Positions 1 through 13,242 are shown, counted from the first letter of the stretch. The stretch: 64,000 nt of DNA from an uncultured Thermoleophilia bacterium (GCA_963747935.1 CAVVGY010000006.1:30443-94442), one strand, 5' to 3'. Program-made: numbers and translations. Notes: generated from the letters alone by a model not told the origin.

Positions 1-428
1 CGGGCGGCGGCGCACCCCGCGCACAGCCCGCTCAGCTGCAGGAAGTGGCCGGTGATGCTGTAGCCCGTCTCCTGCGCCGCGGCGTCGGCGATGCCGCGCA
101 TGTCGCAGGCGGTGAACTCGGTGACGCGGCCGCAGCCGCTGCACACCACGGTGTGGCCGTGTTCGGCGCTGGCCGGGACGAAGCTCTCGCAGTGGTCCCG
201 GCCGTGCACCCTGCGCAGGGCGCCGACCTCGGTGAGGACCTCGAGCGTGCGGTAGACGGTGGTGAGTCCGAGCTCCGGGCACTCCGCACGCGCGGCGTCG
301 TACACCTGCGTCGCGCTGAGGCTGGAGGGCGCGGTGGCGATGGCCTCCAGCACCGCGCGTCGCTGCCGGGTGAGGCGCAGGCCTCGCTCGGCGAGCGCGG
401 CGGAGACCTGCGCGGCGTCGAAACTCAC
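1..428 (-). CDS. Fur-family regulator, probably Zur (3' end outside window)
   Basis: Own translation from GTG at 428, absent from the ORF track: MSFDAAQ...GLRLTRQRRAVL...LGLTTVYRTLEVL...HGHTVVCSGCG...LSGLCAGC; Fur HTH plus two CxxC. Confidence 0.9.
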   Translation of the reverse strand, partial: MSFDAAQVSAALAERGLRLTRQRRAVLEAIATAPSSLSATQVYDAARAECPELGLTTVYRTLEVLTEVGALRRVHGRDHCESFVPASAEHGHTVVCSGCGRVTEFTACDMRGIADAAAQETGYSITGHFLQLSGLCAGCAAA

Positions 429-450
429 GGGTCGGCTCCCTTTCTGAAAG

Positions 451-465
451 TGAAAACCTTTTTCA
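451..465. promoter_or_regulatory. Zur/Fur-type operator palindrome TGAAAA-CCT-TTTTCA
   Basis: AT-rich 6-3-6 inverted repeat just upstream of the fur-family start; resembles the actinobacterial Zur box TGAAAAnnnTTTTCA. Confidence 0.7.
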
Positions 466-516
466 GTAAGGAAGCGAGCCTAGCACGAGCTCAGGACACG
501 CGCAACGGAGTCGGCG

Positions 517-1185
517 TCAGTGGTGCGAGGTGTAGGGGCAGGCGGCGATGCAGATGCCGCAGATCTGCTTCTCGACGGCGGTGAACTGCGCCATCTGGTG
601 GCGGCAGGCGGCGGCGTCGAACAGCAGTTCGCGCGCCATGCCCGGCCGCCATGTGACGTCGCGGCCGCAGCCGGCCGGGCACGCGTCCACGCACGCGCGG
701 CAAGTGCCGCAGGCGCTCTCCGTGACCGGCTCGCCGGCCGGCAGGCCGAGGTCGGTGAACACGGTGGCCAGCCGGACCGCCGGTCCGAACTGGGGCGAGA
801 TGAACAGCGCCGTCTTGCCGATCCAGCCGAGGCCGGCGACCGTGGCGGCGGTCTTGTGCGGGAACACCGAGGACCCGTTGGCGCCGTCGTAGGTGGCCGG
901 CACGCGCTCGGCCGTGTGCCCGTGGACGGTGAGCACGTCCACCAGGATCCCGGTGGCGTCGTCGAGCGCCACGTTCACGCGCTGGTACTCCTGCTGGTAG
1001 TCCTGGGTGGGCCCGTGGGTGAGCCCGCGCACCACCAGCGGGTCCAGCCGCATGAGGATCGAGATGGCCGTGGGGTACTCGGGGGCGCCCGGCAGGCGCG
1101 GGTCGTTGGCGGCGACGCCCCAGGCGTCGACTTCTTTGGTGCGCAGGATCTGGCCGATGGCGTGGCGGTCGAGCACGTGGAGCAT
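517..1185 (-). CDS. 4Fe-4S dicluster protein, epoxyqueuosine reductase (QueG)-like
   Basis: HKTAATVAGLGWIGK, FGPAVRLATVFTD, CGTCRACVDACP and CGICIAACP motifs; start set at ATG 1185. Confidence 0.8.
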   Translation of the reverse strand: MLHVLDRHAIGQILRTKEVDAWGVAANDPRLPGAPEYPTAISILMRLDPLVVRGLTHGPTQDYQQEYQRVNVALDDATGILVDVLTVHGHTAERVPATYDGANGSSVFPHKTAATVAGLGWIGKTALFISPQFGPAVRLATVFTDLGLPAGEPVTESACGTCRACVDACPAGCGRDVTWRPGMARELLFDAAACRHQMAQFTAVEKQICGICIAACPYTSHH

Positions 1186-1441
1186 GTGACCCCTTGACGT
1201 CGGACTGGGAGGGATGCGGAGTGCGGTGGTCCCCCGACCGTCCCATCGTCGCATCGGGGAGTCGACGGCCACAATGGACGCGGCGAACGGAATTCGCTGT
1301 CGATGTTGTCCCAATTGGCGCGTGCCGGGAGGGTTCCGTCCGTTTGAAGATTCGTGCAGTACGTCACAAGCAGCGTTTATTTTCGCGGCCATCCGGTGAC
1401 CCTCAGGAGTGCAAACCGCTAAGCGAGGAGGAGGTGAGACC

Positions 1442-1510
1442 ATGGGACCTGTGAACTTCAACAGGACGAAGGTGAAGCAGGAGGATCGCTACGGCAAGCG
1501 CCGCAAGTGA
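1442..1510 (+). CDS. Candidate 22-aa basic small protein MGPVNFNRTKVKQEDRYGKRRK
   Basis: Strong SD GAGGAGGAGGTG before ATG, GC3-rich codons, downstream hairpin. Confidence 0.45.
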   Translation: MGPVNFNRTKVKQEDRYGKRRK

Positions 1511-1559
1511 CCCCAGGCAGACGATGAACGGATCATCCGACAGCGTACCTTCGCCACCC

Positions 1560-1596
1560 GGGAGGGGCGGTTCCGTGAGTCAGGACCGCCCCTCTC
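1560..1596. terminator. Hairpin between the convergent sORF and copA
   Basis: GGGAGGGGCGGT...ACCGCCCCTCTC inverted repeat. Confidence 0.6.
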
Positions 1597-1609
1597 GTCG
1601 CGTACGGGG

Positions 1610-4087
1610 TCAGTTCGCGCGGAACCGGCGCAGCCGCAGGCTGTTGGTCACCACGGTGACGCTGCTCAGGCCCATCGCCGCGGCTGCGTAGATGGGGTTG
1701 AGCAGGATCCCGAACGCCGGGTAGAACACGCCGGCCGCCAGCGGGATGAGCGCGACGTTGTAGGCGAACGCCCAGAACAGGTTCTGCTTGACGGTGCGGA
1801 TCGTCGCTCGCGAGAGCTCCACGGCCGTGGCCACGCCGCCCACGTCGCCCGACATGAGCGTCACGTCGCTCGCCTCCATGGCGACGTCGGTGCCGGTGCC
1901 GATGGCGATGCCGACGTCGGCCTGCGCGAGCGCCGGGGCGTCGTTGATGCCGTCGCCGACCATGGCCACGCGGCGGCCGTCCGCCTGCAGGGCCGCCACC
2001 TCGGCGGCCTTCTGCTCCGGCAGCACCTCGGCGATCACCTTGCCGATGCCCACCTGGGCGGCGATGGCCTGCGCCGTCGCCGCCTGGTCGCCGGTGAGCA
2101 TCACGACGTCGAGGCCGAGCTGCCTGAGGCGGCTCACCGCCGCCGCCGAGCTCGGCTTGACCGTGTCGGCGATGGCGATCGCCCCGACCGGCTCGTCGTC
2201 CACCATGATGGTGACGACCGTCTTGCCCTCGCCGGCGAGCTTGGAGGCCTCGTCGCCGGCGTGGCCGGCCAGGCGCTCGTTGCCGGCCACCACGGTGTGG
2301 CCTTCGACCTGCGCGCGGATACCGTGGCCGGCGATGGCCTCGAACCCGGTCGACGCCGGCACCTGCAGGCCGCGCTCTTCGGCGGCGGCCAGGATCGCCA
2401 CGGCGAGCGGGTGCTCGCTGCCGCGCTCGGCGCCGGCCACCAGGCGCAGCAACCCGGAGTTGTCCAGGGCCTGCCCGTCGATGCGGTGCACGCCGTGGCC
2501 GGAGCCGAACAGCACGACGTCGGTCACGCGCGGCTTGCCCTCGGTGATGGTGCCGGTCTTGTCCAGCACCACCACGTCCAGCTTGTGCGCCGTCTCCAGC
2601 GCCGCGCCGTCGCGGATGAGCACGCCGTTCTCGGCGCCCTTGCCGGTGCCGACCATGATCGCCGTCGGCGTCGCCAGGCCGAGCGCGCACGGGCACGCGA
2701 TGACCAGCACGGCGACGAAGTTGAGCAGCGCGTAGTTGAGCGCCGGGGAGGGGCCGAACACCAGCCACACGACGAGCGTGACGGTGGCGATGACGATGAC
2801 GGCCGGCACGAACCACGCGGCGATCACGTCGGCCAGGCGCGCGATGGGCGGCTTGGAGCCCTGGGCCTGCTCCACGAGGCGCACGATCTGGGCCAGGGCG
2901 GTCTCGCTGCCGACCTTGGTCGCGCGGAACGTGAACGACCCGGTGGTGTTCATCGTGGCGCCGATCACCTCGTCGCCGGCGTGCTTGCCGACCGGGATGG
3001 GCTCGCCGGTGAGCATGCTCTCGTCCACCGCCGAGCCGCCCTCCTCCAGCACGCCGTCCACGGGGACCTTCTCGCCGGGGCGCACGACGACGAGGTCGCC
3101 CACCAGCACCTGGGCGACCGGCACGTCGGTCTCCGCCCCGTCGCGGACCACGCGCGCGGTCTTGGGCTGCAGGCCGATGAGGGCCTTGATGGCGGCCCCG
3201 GTCTGCCCCTTGGCGCGCGCCTCGAGCAGCCGCCCGAGCAGGATGAGCGTGATGATGAACGCGGCCGAGTCGAAGTACATCGGCACGCTCATCCCCTGAT
3301 GCTCGAACAGGCTGGGGAAGAGCACGCCGATCACACTGTAGATGTAGGCCGCCGACGAGCCCATGGCGACCAGCGTGTTCATGGTCGTCGTGCCGTGCTT
3401 CAGCGCGGACCAGGCGGTGGTGTAGAACTGCCACCCCACCCAGAACTGCACGACGCTTGCCAGCGCCCAGAGCAGGTAGCCGTTGTGCATCCACTCGGGC
3501 AGGAAGGTGAACCACTCCATCTGCATGGTGCCGGCGAAGATGATGATGCTCAGCACGAAGCCGGCGATGACCTTGGTCTTGAGCTTGCGGTAGGCGGCGG
3601 CGCGGGCGGCCTCTTCCGCGTCCACCGCCGCCTCCACGGCCTCCTCGCCGGTGCCCGGCGCCGGCTCCACGACGTCGTAGCCGGCGCCGCGCACGGCCGC
3701 CACGAGGTCCTGGTAGCTCGCCTGACCAGGGATGTAGTGCACGGTGGCCTTCTCGGTGGCCAGGTTGACGTCGGCTTTGAGCACGCCGGGCGGGGTGCGC
3801 AGAGCCTTCTCCACCCGGCCCACGCAGCTCGCGCAGGTCATGCCGATGATGGGGATGGTCTCCTGCGCGGTCACCACGCCGTAGCCGGCGCCCTCGATGA
3901 CCGCCACCAGGTCTCCGGTCGACACCTCGCCGGGGTCGAAGGTCACGGTCGCCTTCTCGGTGGCGAGGTTGACGTTGGCCTTGTCGACGCCCTCCGCCTT
4001 GCCGATGGCGCGCTCGACCCTCGCGACGCAACTCGCGCAGGTCATGCCGGTCACCGGCAGTTCGACGGTGGTCTCGTGGTCGCTCAT
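1610..4087 (-). CDS. copA: Copper-translocating P1B-type ATPase
   Basis: Two GMTCASC HMA domains, [26 protein letters not shown] and MxxSS motifs. Confidence 0.95.
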   Translation of the reverse strand: MSDHETTVELPVTGMTCASCVARVERAIGKAEGVDKANVNLATEKATVTFDPGEVSTGDLVAVIEGAGYGVVTAQETIPIIGMTCASCVGRVEKALRTPPGVLKADVNLATEKATVHYIPGQASYQDLVAAVRGAGYDVVEPAPGTGEEAVEAAVDAEEAARAAAYRKLKTKVIAGFVLSIIIFAGTMQMEWFTFLPEWMHNGYLLWALASVVQFWVGWQFYTTAWSALKHGTTTMNTLVAMGSSAAYIYSVIGVLFPSLFEHQGMSVPMYFDSAAFIITLILLGRLLEARAKGQTGAAIKALIGLQPKTARVVRDGAETDVPVAQVLVGDLVVVRPGEKVPVDGVLEEGGSAVDESMLTGEPIPVGKHAGDEVIGATMNTTGSFTFRATKVGSETALAQIVRLVEQAQGSKPPIARLADVIAAWFVPAVIVIATVTLVVWLVFGPSPALNYALLNFVAVLVIACPCALGLATPTAIMVGTGKGAENGVLIRDGAALETAHKLDVVVLDKTGTITEGKPRVTDVVLFGSGHGVHRIDGQALDNSGLLRLVAGAERGSEHPLAVAILAAAEERGLQVPASTGFEAIAGHGIRAQVEGHTVVAGNERLAGHAGDEASKLAGEGKTVVTIMVDDEPVGAIAIADTVKPSSAAAVSRLRQLGLDVVMLTGDQAATAQAIAAQVGIGKVIAEVLPEQKAAEVAALQADGRRVAMVGDGINDAPALAQADVGIAIGTGTDVAMEASDVTLMSGDVGGVATAVELSRATIRTVKQNLFWAFAYNVALIPLAAGVFYPAFGILLNPIYAAAAMGLSSVTVVTNSLRLRRFRAN

Positions 4088-4162
4088 CAAGTCTCCGTGG
4101 TCGTCCGGGAAGTCGAGCCTACAGCAGCCTCGCTGATTGTGTTCCCGAGCTCAAACAGATGG

Positions 4163-4176
4163 TACCCCCAGGGGTA
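4163..4176. promoter_or_regulatory. CsoR-type operator TACCCC-CA-GGGGTA
   Basis: Perfect C/G-tract inverted repeat about 75 bp upstream of copA. Confidence 0.75.
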
Positions 4177-4243
4177 TGCCGAAGCGACCTCCTGCACGCC
4201 CGGTATGATTGCCGCGGAACGGCAGCGAGGAAGTGAGATCACG

Positions 4244-5549
4244 ATGGCCATCTGGGACCCGCAGCACGAGACCATGGACCGCGAGCGCATCGAGGCGCTG
4301 CAGTCCGAGCGCCTGCAGCCGATGCTCGAGCGCGTGTACGACAAGGTCCCGTTCTACCGCTCGGCGCTGGACGAGGCGGGGTTCGCGCCCGGCGACGTCG
4401 CCGGTCTCGACGACCTCAGGAGCCTGCCGTTCACCGAGAAGAACGACTTCCGCGACGCCTACCCCTACGGGCTGTTCGCCGTGCCTCTTGACTGAGGTGG
4501 TCGAGATCCACTCGTCGTCCGGCACCACCGGCAAGGCCGTGGTCGGAGGCTACACGCGCGCCGACCTCGACACCTGGACCGAGCTCGTGTGCCGCCTCGC
4601 GGTGGCGGCGGGCGCGCACAGCGGCGACATCGCCCAGGTCGCGTTCGGCTACGGCATGTTCACCGGCGGGTTCGGCCTGCACTACGGGCTGCAGAAGGCC
4701 GGCGTGGCCGTGCTGCCCATCAGCGCCGGCAACACCTCCCGGCAGATCAAGCTCATGCAGGACTTCGGCACCACCATCCTGATCGCCACGCCGTCCTACG
4801 CGCTGTACATCGGCGAGGTGCTGCAGAAGCACGGCGTCGCGCCCGAGGAGCTCAAGCTCCGGCTCGGCATGTTCGGCGCCGAGACCTGCAGCGAGGAGAT
4901 GCGCCGGCAGATCGAGGCCCGGCTGCCGATGGTGGCCACCGACAACTACGGGCTCACCGAGCTCACCGGGCCGGGCGTGGCCGGCGAGTGCGAGTGTCGC
5001 GCCGGCATGCACATCTCCGAGGACCACTTCATCGCCGAGTGCCTCGACCCGGTCACCGGCGAGCCGGTGGGCGAGGGCGAGATCGGCGAGCTCGTGGTCA
5101 CCGCCCTCACCCGCGAGTGCTCACCGGTGCTGCGCTACCGCACCCGCGACCTCACCACGCTCACGCGCGAGCCCTGCGCCTGCGGGCGCACCACCGCGCG
5201 CATGGGCAAGGTCGTGGGCCGCACCGACGACATGTTCATCATCAGCGGCGTCAACATCTTCCCCTCGCACGTGGAGAGCGTGCTCTTCCAGATCGAGGGC
5301 GTGGAGCCGTTCTACCAGATCGTGCTGGGGCGTTCGCCGGCCGGCCTGGACACGTTCGAGGTGCACGTGGAGGTCACGGACGGCCTGTTCGACGGCTGGA
5401 TGGACGACCTGCGGGCGTTCGAGCGCCGGGTCACCGAAGAACTGCGCTCGGCGCTCCTCGTCCGGCCCAAGGTCAAGCTCGTGGAGCCGGGCACGCTCGA
5501 GCGCAGCGAGGGCAAGGCCAAGCGCGTCATCGACGACCGGCCGGCCTGA
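4244..5549 (+). CDS. paaK: Phenylacetate-CoA ligase (one frameshift near 4490)
   Basis: MAIWDPQHETMDRE...LPFTEKNDFRDAYPYGLFAV in one frame, then HSSSGTTGK, FGYGMFTGGFG, YGLTE, LRYRTRD in another. Confidence 0.85.
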
Positions 5550-5986
5550 CTCCGGCGAGCGGCCGGCCCGGCCGCGCGAGCCTGACGATCGAGCCCGCGG
5601 GCAGCCTCAGCAAGTGCGCGCGGACCGGGGGGCGGATGGCACACGCAGGCCGACGGCGCGAGCCCCCGCTTCGCGCCGCCGGCCAATGTCGAAGTCGACT
5701 GGGAAATCTCTCTCTCAGAGTCTTCCGGTCTCCTTGCCCATAGTGTCGGGCGGCGGTGCGCGGGAGCGCATAGAACACGCGTCTAGACGTGACGGCCTGC
5801 GTTGTCAGGAGCGGCTACCGCACCTCCTGCCATGACGGAGATCGCCGGGTGGCAACGGTATCCGGTCAGAGCCGGTTGCGGAGAGCCATTACTATGTGCA
5901 TGGTGTTGCCAAGGTCCACGTGGCGTCCGTCAGGTCGTTCACGCGGACTCTCAGAGGCCCCGGGGTGGGGGCGTGAAGGAGGATGC

Positions 5987-7202
5987 ATGTCCAGGCGCTG
6001 GTACCTTTTGTTGTCGGCCGCGATGATCCTGGCGGTCTCGGCGGCCTTGCCCGCCGTCGTCGACGCCGGCGTCGCGCCCAGCGTGACCAAACCCATGTTC
6101 TCTGCGACGCCGGTCGCGGCGGTCCCCTTCACCGTGTCCGGCACGGTGCGGCCGAAGGCGACGGCGGATTCCCGGACGGCCGTCAGGGTCGCGCTCTCCA
6201 CGTTCTCGAACGGGCGCTGGGAGACGACGGGCACCTACCGCGCCAGGCTCGTCGCCGGCAAGTCCGGCACCGCCTACTCGCGGCAGCTCACCGTCCCCGC
6301 AGACGGCAGATACGCCGTGAGGGCCTTGCACTACCGCGCCGGCAGGCTGGTCGCCAGGTCCGCGCTCGCCGCGTTCGACGTGGCCCGGCGTGTCACCATC
6401 GACTCCAACGTGAATGGGTGGCTGGCGCCGGATCTCGCAGAGACCATCGTGCCCCCGGACACGCCGCTCGACGTCGTCTTCACCACGCCGGCCGACTGGG
6501 CCGCTCCGCTGGTGGACGGGAAGCCGCTGAACGGCGCGGCGCACTTCATCTGGGGCGACTTCGAGAAGGTCGACGCCGCCGGGCTCATCTGGCACACCGA
6601 CGGCCTGGAACCCGGCCGCTACGACTGGATGCGCGACGGGATGCCCAAGTACGGCACCGGCTGTCCTGGTCGTCGCCAGCAGATCGACATCGACAAGGTC
6701 TCGCACGCGGACACGCACGCGCTGCCGTATCTGCCGGCGGACCTCTCGTTCGGCGAGGTCAGCTCCGGGGACATGGGGGGCTGCGCCCGCAGCATCGCGT
6801 TCACCACCCGCATCTTCTCGCAGACGAGCGCCAACCCGCTCGTGTGGCACACCGACGGCCTGGTCCCCGGCAGCTACGACTGGAAGTGCTGGATGGACGC
6901 CTGCCACTACGGCAAGCTCGTGGTCGACGACGCCGCCGACGTGGCCATCGATTCGGATCCTCTGGACTCCCAGACGGTGGTCGCGGCCGGCACGCCGCTC
7001 GGACCTGGTCTTCAGCGGCGCCCGGATGATGTGCTGGCGGACCATCCACTTCACCACGCCGAGTGACCTCACCAAGACGGTGTCCTACTCGGCCGCGGAT
7101 CCGCACGTGACGTGGCACACGGCCGGTCTGGCTGCGGGCTCTTACGAGTGGGAGTGCTGGATGGGGCCGCAGTGCCATCACGGAACCATCGTCGTCCAGT
7201 AG
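5987..7202 (+). CDS. Secreted protein: beta-rich N domain plus three tandem cupredoxin-like repeats (frameshift near 7000)
   Basis: Signal peptide; repeats WHTDGLEPGRYDWM, WHTDGLVPGSYDWKCWMDACHYG, WHTAGLAAGSYEWECWMGPQCHHGTIVVQ; TAG at 7200-7202. Confidence 0.65.
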
Positions 7203-7215
7203 GGAGGGAGACCAC

Positions 7216-7623
7216 ATGCGCAAGTCCCTGACGGGAGTCCTCATGGTGCTGCTGGTGGCGGCGCTGCTGGCGTGCGCCGCCGCGGTGGCCGGCGCCAGGA
7301 TCACCTACACCACGAGCAAACCGGTGCTGTCCAACGCGCCCAAGAAGGACAGGCCGTTCACAGCGTCCGGCTACATCAAGCCCAAGTCGACCAAGTCCAA
7401 CCGCGCCACCGTCAAGATCATCCTCTGGATGAAGTACGGAGACGACTGGGGCGTCATGGACACCTACTGGGCCAAGCTCTCGGCGCGGAATTCCAGCAGC
7501 ACCAAGTACTCGGTCACCATCACGATCCCCATGAAGGGCGATCACGGTGTGCAGGCCATCCAGTACCGCAAGGGCAAGAAGGTGTCGTCGTCCGCCACGA
7601 GGTACTTCTACGTCACGCCGTAG
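7216..7623 (+). CDS. Secreted hypothetical protein, paralogous to the N domain of the upstream gene
   Basis: SD GGAGG, signal peptide, KPVLS..PFTASG.IKPK aligns with KPMFS..PFTVSG.VRPK. Confidence 0.75.
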   Translation: MRKSLTGVLMVLLVAALLACAAAVAGARITYTTSKPVLSNAPKKDRPFTASGYIKPKSTKSNRATVKIILWMKYGDDWGVMDTYWAKLSARNSSSTKYSVTITIPMKGDHGVQAIQYRKGKKVSSSATRYFYVTP

Positions 7624-7649
7624 CCCTCTGCCGGAGCGGGGGAGGAGCC

Positions 7650-8169
7650 GTGACGGAGCGGCGGACGTGGGTCCGTGACGTGCTCCTGCTCGTGGTCGTG
7701 ATCGCGGTCGCCGCGCCGGCGGTCGTGCTGATCACCAGGGCCCTGACGGGCGCCGGAGACCTGAAGGCGGTGGAGGGCCCATCGGCGGCTGGAAGCCCGG
7801 TGGCCGCCGCGTCACCCAGCGGCCCTCCGCAGACCTGCACCAGCTGCTGGGTGGACAAGGGCGCGCCGGCCCCGGCCGTCGCGGGCGTCACGCGGCTCGA
7901 GGACGGCGTGCAGCTGCTCGAGGTGGGTCTCGAGGGTGGCTACTACCGGCCGAACCGCTTCACCGTGCGCGCGGGCGTGCCCGTCAAGGTCGTGTTCACC
8001 GGCTGGGCCGAGGACTGCCTCGGCCAGCCGGAGTTCCCCGAGCTCGGGCTCAAGGGTGACCTGAGCAGCACCGGACGGGTGGTGTTCCCTCTGGGTGCGC
8101 TCGAGCCCGGGTACCTACACGTTCACCTGCGCCATGGGCGTGAACGAAGGCAGGATCACCGCCGAGTGA
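7650..8169 (+). CDS. Membrane-anchored CupA-like cupredoxin (frameshift near 8110)
   Basis: N-terminal TM, CTSC, GYYRPNRFTVRAGVPVKVVF..DC, restored C-terminus PGTYTFTCAMGVNEGRITAE. Confidence 0.75.
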
Positions 8170-8192
8170 CGCGCGCGCCGCGTGGCCTGGGC

Positions 8193-10235
<2,043 letters not shown>

Positions 10236-10623
10236 AAGTGACCTCCCGCCCGCTCGTGGCCCACAGTCTAGCGCATCGGCAGGCCGGCAGAAGGCCCTCC
10301 GAGCATGGTCAAGGTGGACGACATCGCGAGGAGAAAAGTGCCGGGCCGGCGGGGGCCTTCACCGGATGCGGGCAGTCCGGCGTCTTACGAAGGAGACCGG
10401 CCCGGCTGAGAGAGAGGATGAGATGCCGGACCAGACTCAGTCCGGTGAGTTATCAGAGTCCTACCCGGTCTCACCCCTGCCTATCGGCAGGCAGGGGTCG
10501 CCCTTGAGGGCGGCGCCGGCCAAAGCGTTGCCTGGCCGGACGTACCCGGCGGGCCCGGGCGGCGCCGCCTCCGCGGGCGGGCGTCGGCTATACTGTCGGC
10601 CTCAAAGACGCAAGGGAGCGCCC

Positions 10624-11964
10624 GTGTTCAGCAAGATCCTCATCGCCAACCGCGGCGAGATCGCCATCCGCATCATCCGCGCCTGCCGCGAGCTCGGCGT
10701 GGGGAGCGTGGCGGTGTACAGCGAGGCCGACGCCGAGTGCCTGCACGTCAGATACGCCGACGAGGCCGTGTGCATCGGCCCGGCGCCGGCCGCACAGAGC
10801 TACCTGGTCATGCCGGCGCTCATCCAGGCGGCCCAGCAGACCGGCGCCGAGGCCATCCACCCGGGCTACGGGTTCCTGGCCGAGCGCGCCGAGTTCAGCC
10901 GCCTGTGCCGCGACCAGGGCATCAAGTTCATCGGCCCGTCGCCGGAGAGCATCGAGCTCATGGGCGACAAGGCGCAGGCGCGGGCGACGATGACCGCCGC
11001 CGGCGTGCCCATCACCCCGGGCTCCGAGGGCATCATCGAGAGCGCCGCCGAGGCCGAGGTGGTCGCGCGCGACATCGGCCTGCCGGTGATGATCAAGGCG
11101 TCGGCGGGCGGCGGCGGCAAGGGCATCCGCATCGCCACCGAGGCCTCCGAGCTGGCCGGCGCCGTGCGCCAGGCCCAGGCCGAGGCCGAGGCGGCGTTCG
11201 GCAACGGCGCCGTCTACGTCGAGAAGTACATCGGCGCCCCGCGCCACATCGAGATCCAGGTGCTCGCCGACGGCAAGGGCCACGGCATCCACCTCGGCGA
11301 GCGCGACTGCAGCATCCAGCGGCGCCACCAGAAGCTCATCGAGGAGGCGCCGTCGCCGGCGGTGAGCCCCGAGCTCCGGGCGCAGATGGGCCAGGCGGCC
11401 GTGGCCGCCGCCATCGCCGCGCACTACGAGGGCGCCGGCACCGTCGAGTTCCTGCTCGACAGCGACGGCAGCTTCTACTTCATGGAGATGAACACGCGCG
11501 TGCAGGTCGAGCACTGCGTCACCGAGATGGTGAGCGGCGTGGACATCGTCAAGACCGGCATCCGCATCGCCGCCGGCGAGGGCCTGCCGCTGCAGCAGGA
11601 CGACATCCGCATCGAGGGTCACGCCATCGAGTTCCGCATCAACGCGGAGGACCCGGCCGAGAACTTCATGCCCTCGCCCGGCGTGGTCACGCAGTGGATC
11701 CCGCCGGGCGGACCGTGGGTCCGCCTCGACAGCCACGTCTACCAGGGCTACCTGGTGCCGCCGTTCTACGACAGCCTGCTGGGCAAGCTCATCGTGTGGG
11801 GGCGCGACCGCGAGGAGTGCCTCGCGCGCTCGCGCTGGGCGCTGGACGAGTTCCTGGTGGACGGCGTCAAGACGGTGATCCCGTTCCACCGCCTGGTGAT
11901 CGACCACCCGCTGTTCGTGGCGGGCGACGTCAACACGCACTTCATCGAGGACCACCTGGACTAG
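10624..11964 (+). CDS. accC: Biotin carboxylase subunit
   Basis: FSKILIANRGEIA, HPGYGFLAE, GGGGKG, RDCSIQRRHQKL, EMNTRVQVEH, YDSLLGKLIV. Confidence 0.93.
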   Translation: MFSKILIANRGEIAIRIIRACRELGVGSVAVYSEADAECLHVRYADEAVCIGPAPAAQSYLVMPALIQAAQQTGAEAIHPGYGFLAERAEFSRLCRDQGIKFIGPSPESIELMGDKAQARATMTAAGVPITPGSEGIIESAAEAEVVARDIGLPVMIKASAGGGGKGIRIATEASELAGAVRQAQAEAEAAFGNGAVYVEKYIGAPRHIEIQVLADGKGHGIHLGERDCSIQRRHQKLIEEAPSPAVSPELRAQMGQAAVAAAIAAHYEGAGTVEFLLDSDGSFYFMEMNTRVQVEHCVTEMVSGVDIVKTGIRIAAGEGLPLQQDDIRIEGHAIEFRINAEDPAENFMPSPGVVTQWIPPGGPWVRLDSHVYQGYLVPPFYDSLLGKLIVWGRDREECLARSRWALDEFLVDGVKTVIPFHRLVIDHPLFVAGDVNTHFIEDHLD

Positions 11965-12005
11965 TCTCGACTGGCCGCGCCGGGCGCGGCCCGAAGGGAG
12001 GCGAC

Positions 12006-12272
12006 GTGAGTCCGCGTTCATGCCGGGATCGGGCGGAGGTTCCGCTCGACCTCGTGTTCGTGGCGATCGTGGTCGCCGTGGTCGTCGGCCTGGTGGGCTG
12101 GTTCCTGTTCCGGACCGGCGGCTGGCTGTGGCTGATCGTCGCGATCATCGTCGGGGGCGCTACCGCTCTGGTCATGAGGCCGGTGTTCAGGCGCCGACGC
12201 GCCGACCTCGAAGAGCGCCGACGGCTCGTCGGCCACGACGCGTCCTGGACGAGCGGCAGGGAAGAAGAATAG
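12006..12272 (+). CDS. Small membrane protein with two TM helices
   Basis: SD GGAGG then GTG; two hydrophobic segments and an Arg-rich tail. Confidence 0.55.
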   Translation: MSPRSCRDRAEVPLDLVFVAIVVAVVVGLVGWFLFRTGGWLWLIVAIIVGGATALVMRPVFRRRRADLEERRRLVGHDASWTSGREEE

Positions 12273-12383
12273 CCGCGCCGGTGGGCGGGCAGACCTGGTG
12301 CTCCAGCCCTCTGTCTGCGGATAGCCGGCGGCTATCCCTCTGGGCTCTTCTGGCGGTCAGGTCCGCGAAATGGATAGCCGACG

Positions 12384-13140
12384 GCGCGGTCGGCGACCTC
12401 GGGCGGGCGCTCGCGGATCGAGACCGCGTCCACGATGCAGCCGCGGCCCTGCCCTCTGCGGCCGCCCTTCTTCGCTTGGCGCATGCGTGCGCCGGTGCGC
12501 AGGTGCGCGGTGAGCTCCTTGCGGAGCACGCCGCGGGCCTGGACGAAGAGGCTGCGGTAGATCGTCTCGGTGGACACCTGCAGAGCCTGCTCTCCTGCGT
12601 AGGTGCGCGCAGGCCAGCCGGAGATCTGCCCGGCGACCAGTCGTCGGCGAGCCTGGCGGCGACGAGCGCCCGCAGCCGCGGCTCGGCGGCCAGCTTGCAG
12701 GGCTTGGGGCGCAGGGCGCGGCGCCAGGCGTGCTCGTCGGCGCGGGTCGCCCGATAGCGCCGGCGCCCGCCATGGCGGGCCACCTCGCGGCTGACCGTCG
12801 AGGGCGCCCGCCCGAGGCGCCTCGCGACCTCCAGCAGCGAAGCGACGTCGGCCAGTCCGCGCGAGACCTCCCACGCTCGAGGAGGGAGAGCACCCGAGGC
12901 GAGCGCCGGCGGGGCAGGCGGTGCGAAGCCGGCACTCGACACGACGACGCACCGGACGGGACCCCACTCGGTGCCCAATGCCCGCCCGATCGCGCAGAAC
13001 GACTCGCCGGCCTGCCAACGCGACCACAGCTCGCGCCTCTGCTCCGGCGTCGTGGTTCCATCGCCTTCTGCGAGCCATCCAGCCACCTCCCTGTCGAAGC
13101 AAGACCATAGCTGGTGTTGCATCGACCGGTGGAACCCACC
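12384..13140 (-). mobile_element. IS30-family insertion sequence remnant (frameshifted, lacks the DDE domain)
   Basis: ARRLGRAPSTVSREV HTH, RRALRPKPCKLA, STETIYRSLFVQARGVLRKEL, SIRERPPEVADRAV then truncation; terminal repeat-like GGTGGGTTCCACCGGTCGATGCAACACC at 13140-13113. Confidence 0.88.
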
Positions 13141-13242
13141 GACGGCTATCCGTCTTCAGAGCGTCCCGCGAGACACCACTCCCTGGAGTCCACTGCCCAG
13201 GCGTCCCAGACCGGGCGGTGGCGGCCCCTCGGCGAGCCGCCC

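Noticed and set aside
4493-4495. TGA inside paaK as selenocysteine
   Set aside because: The protein continues in a different frame, so this is an indel and not read-through
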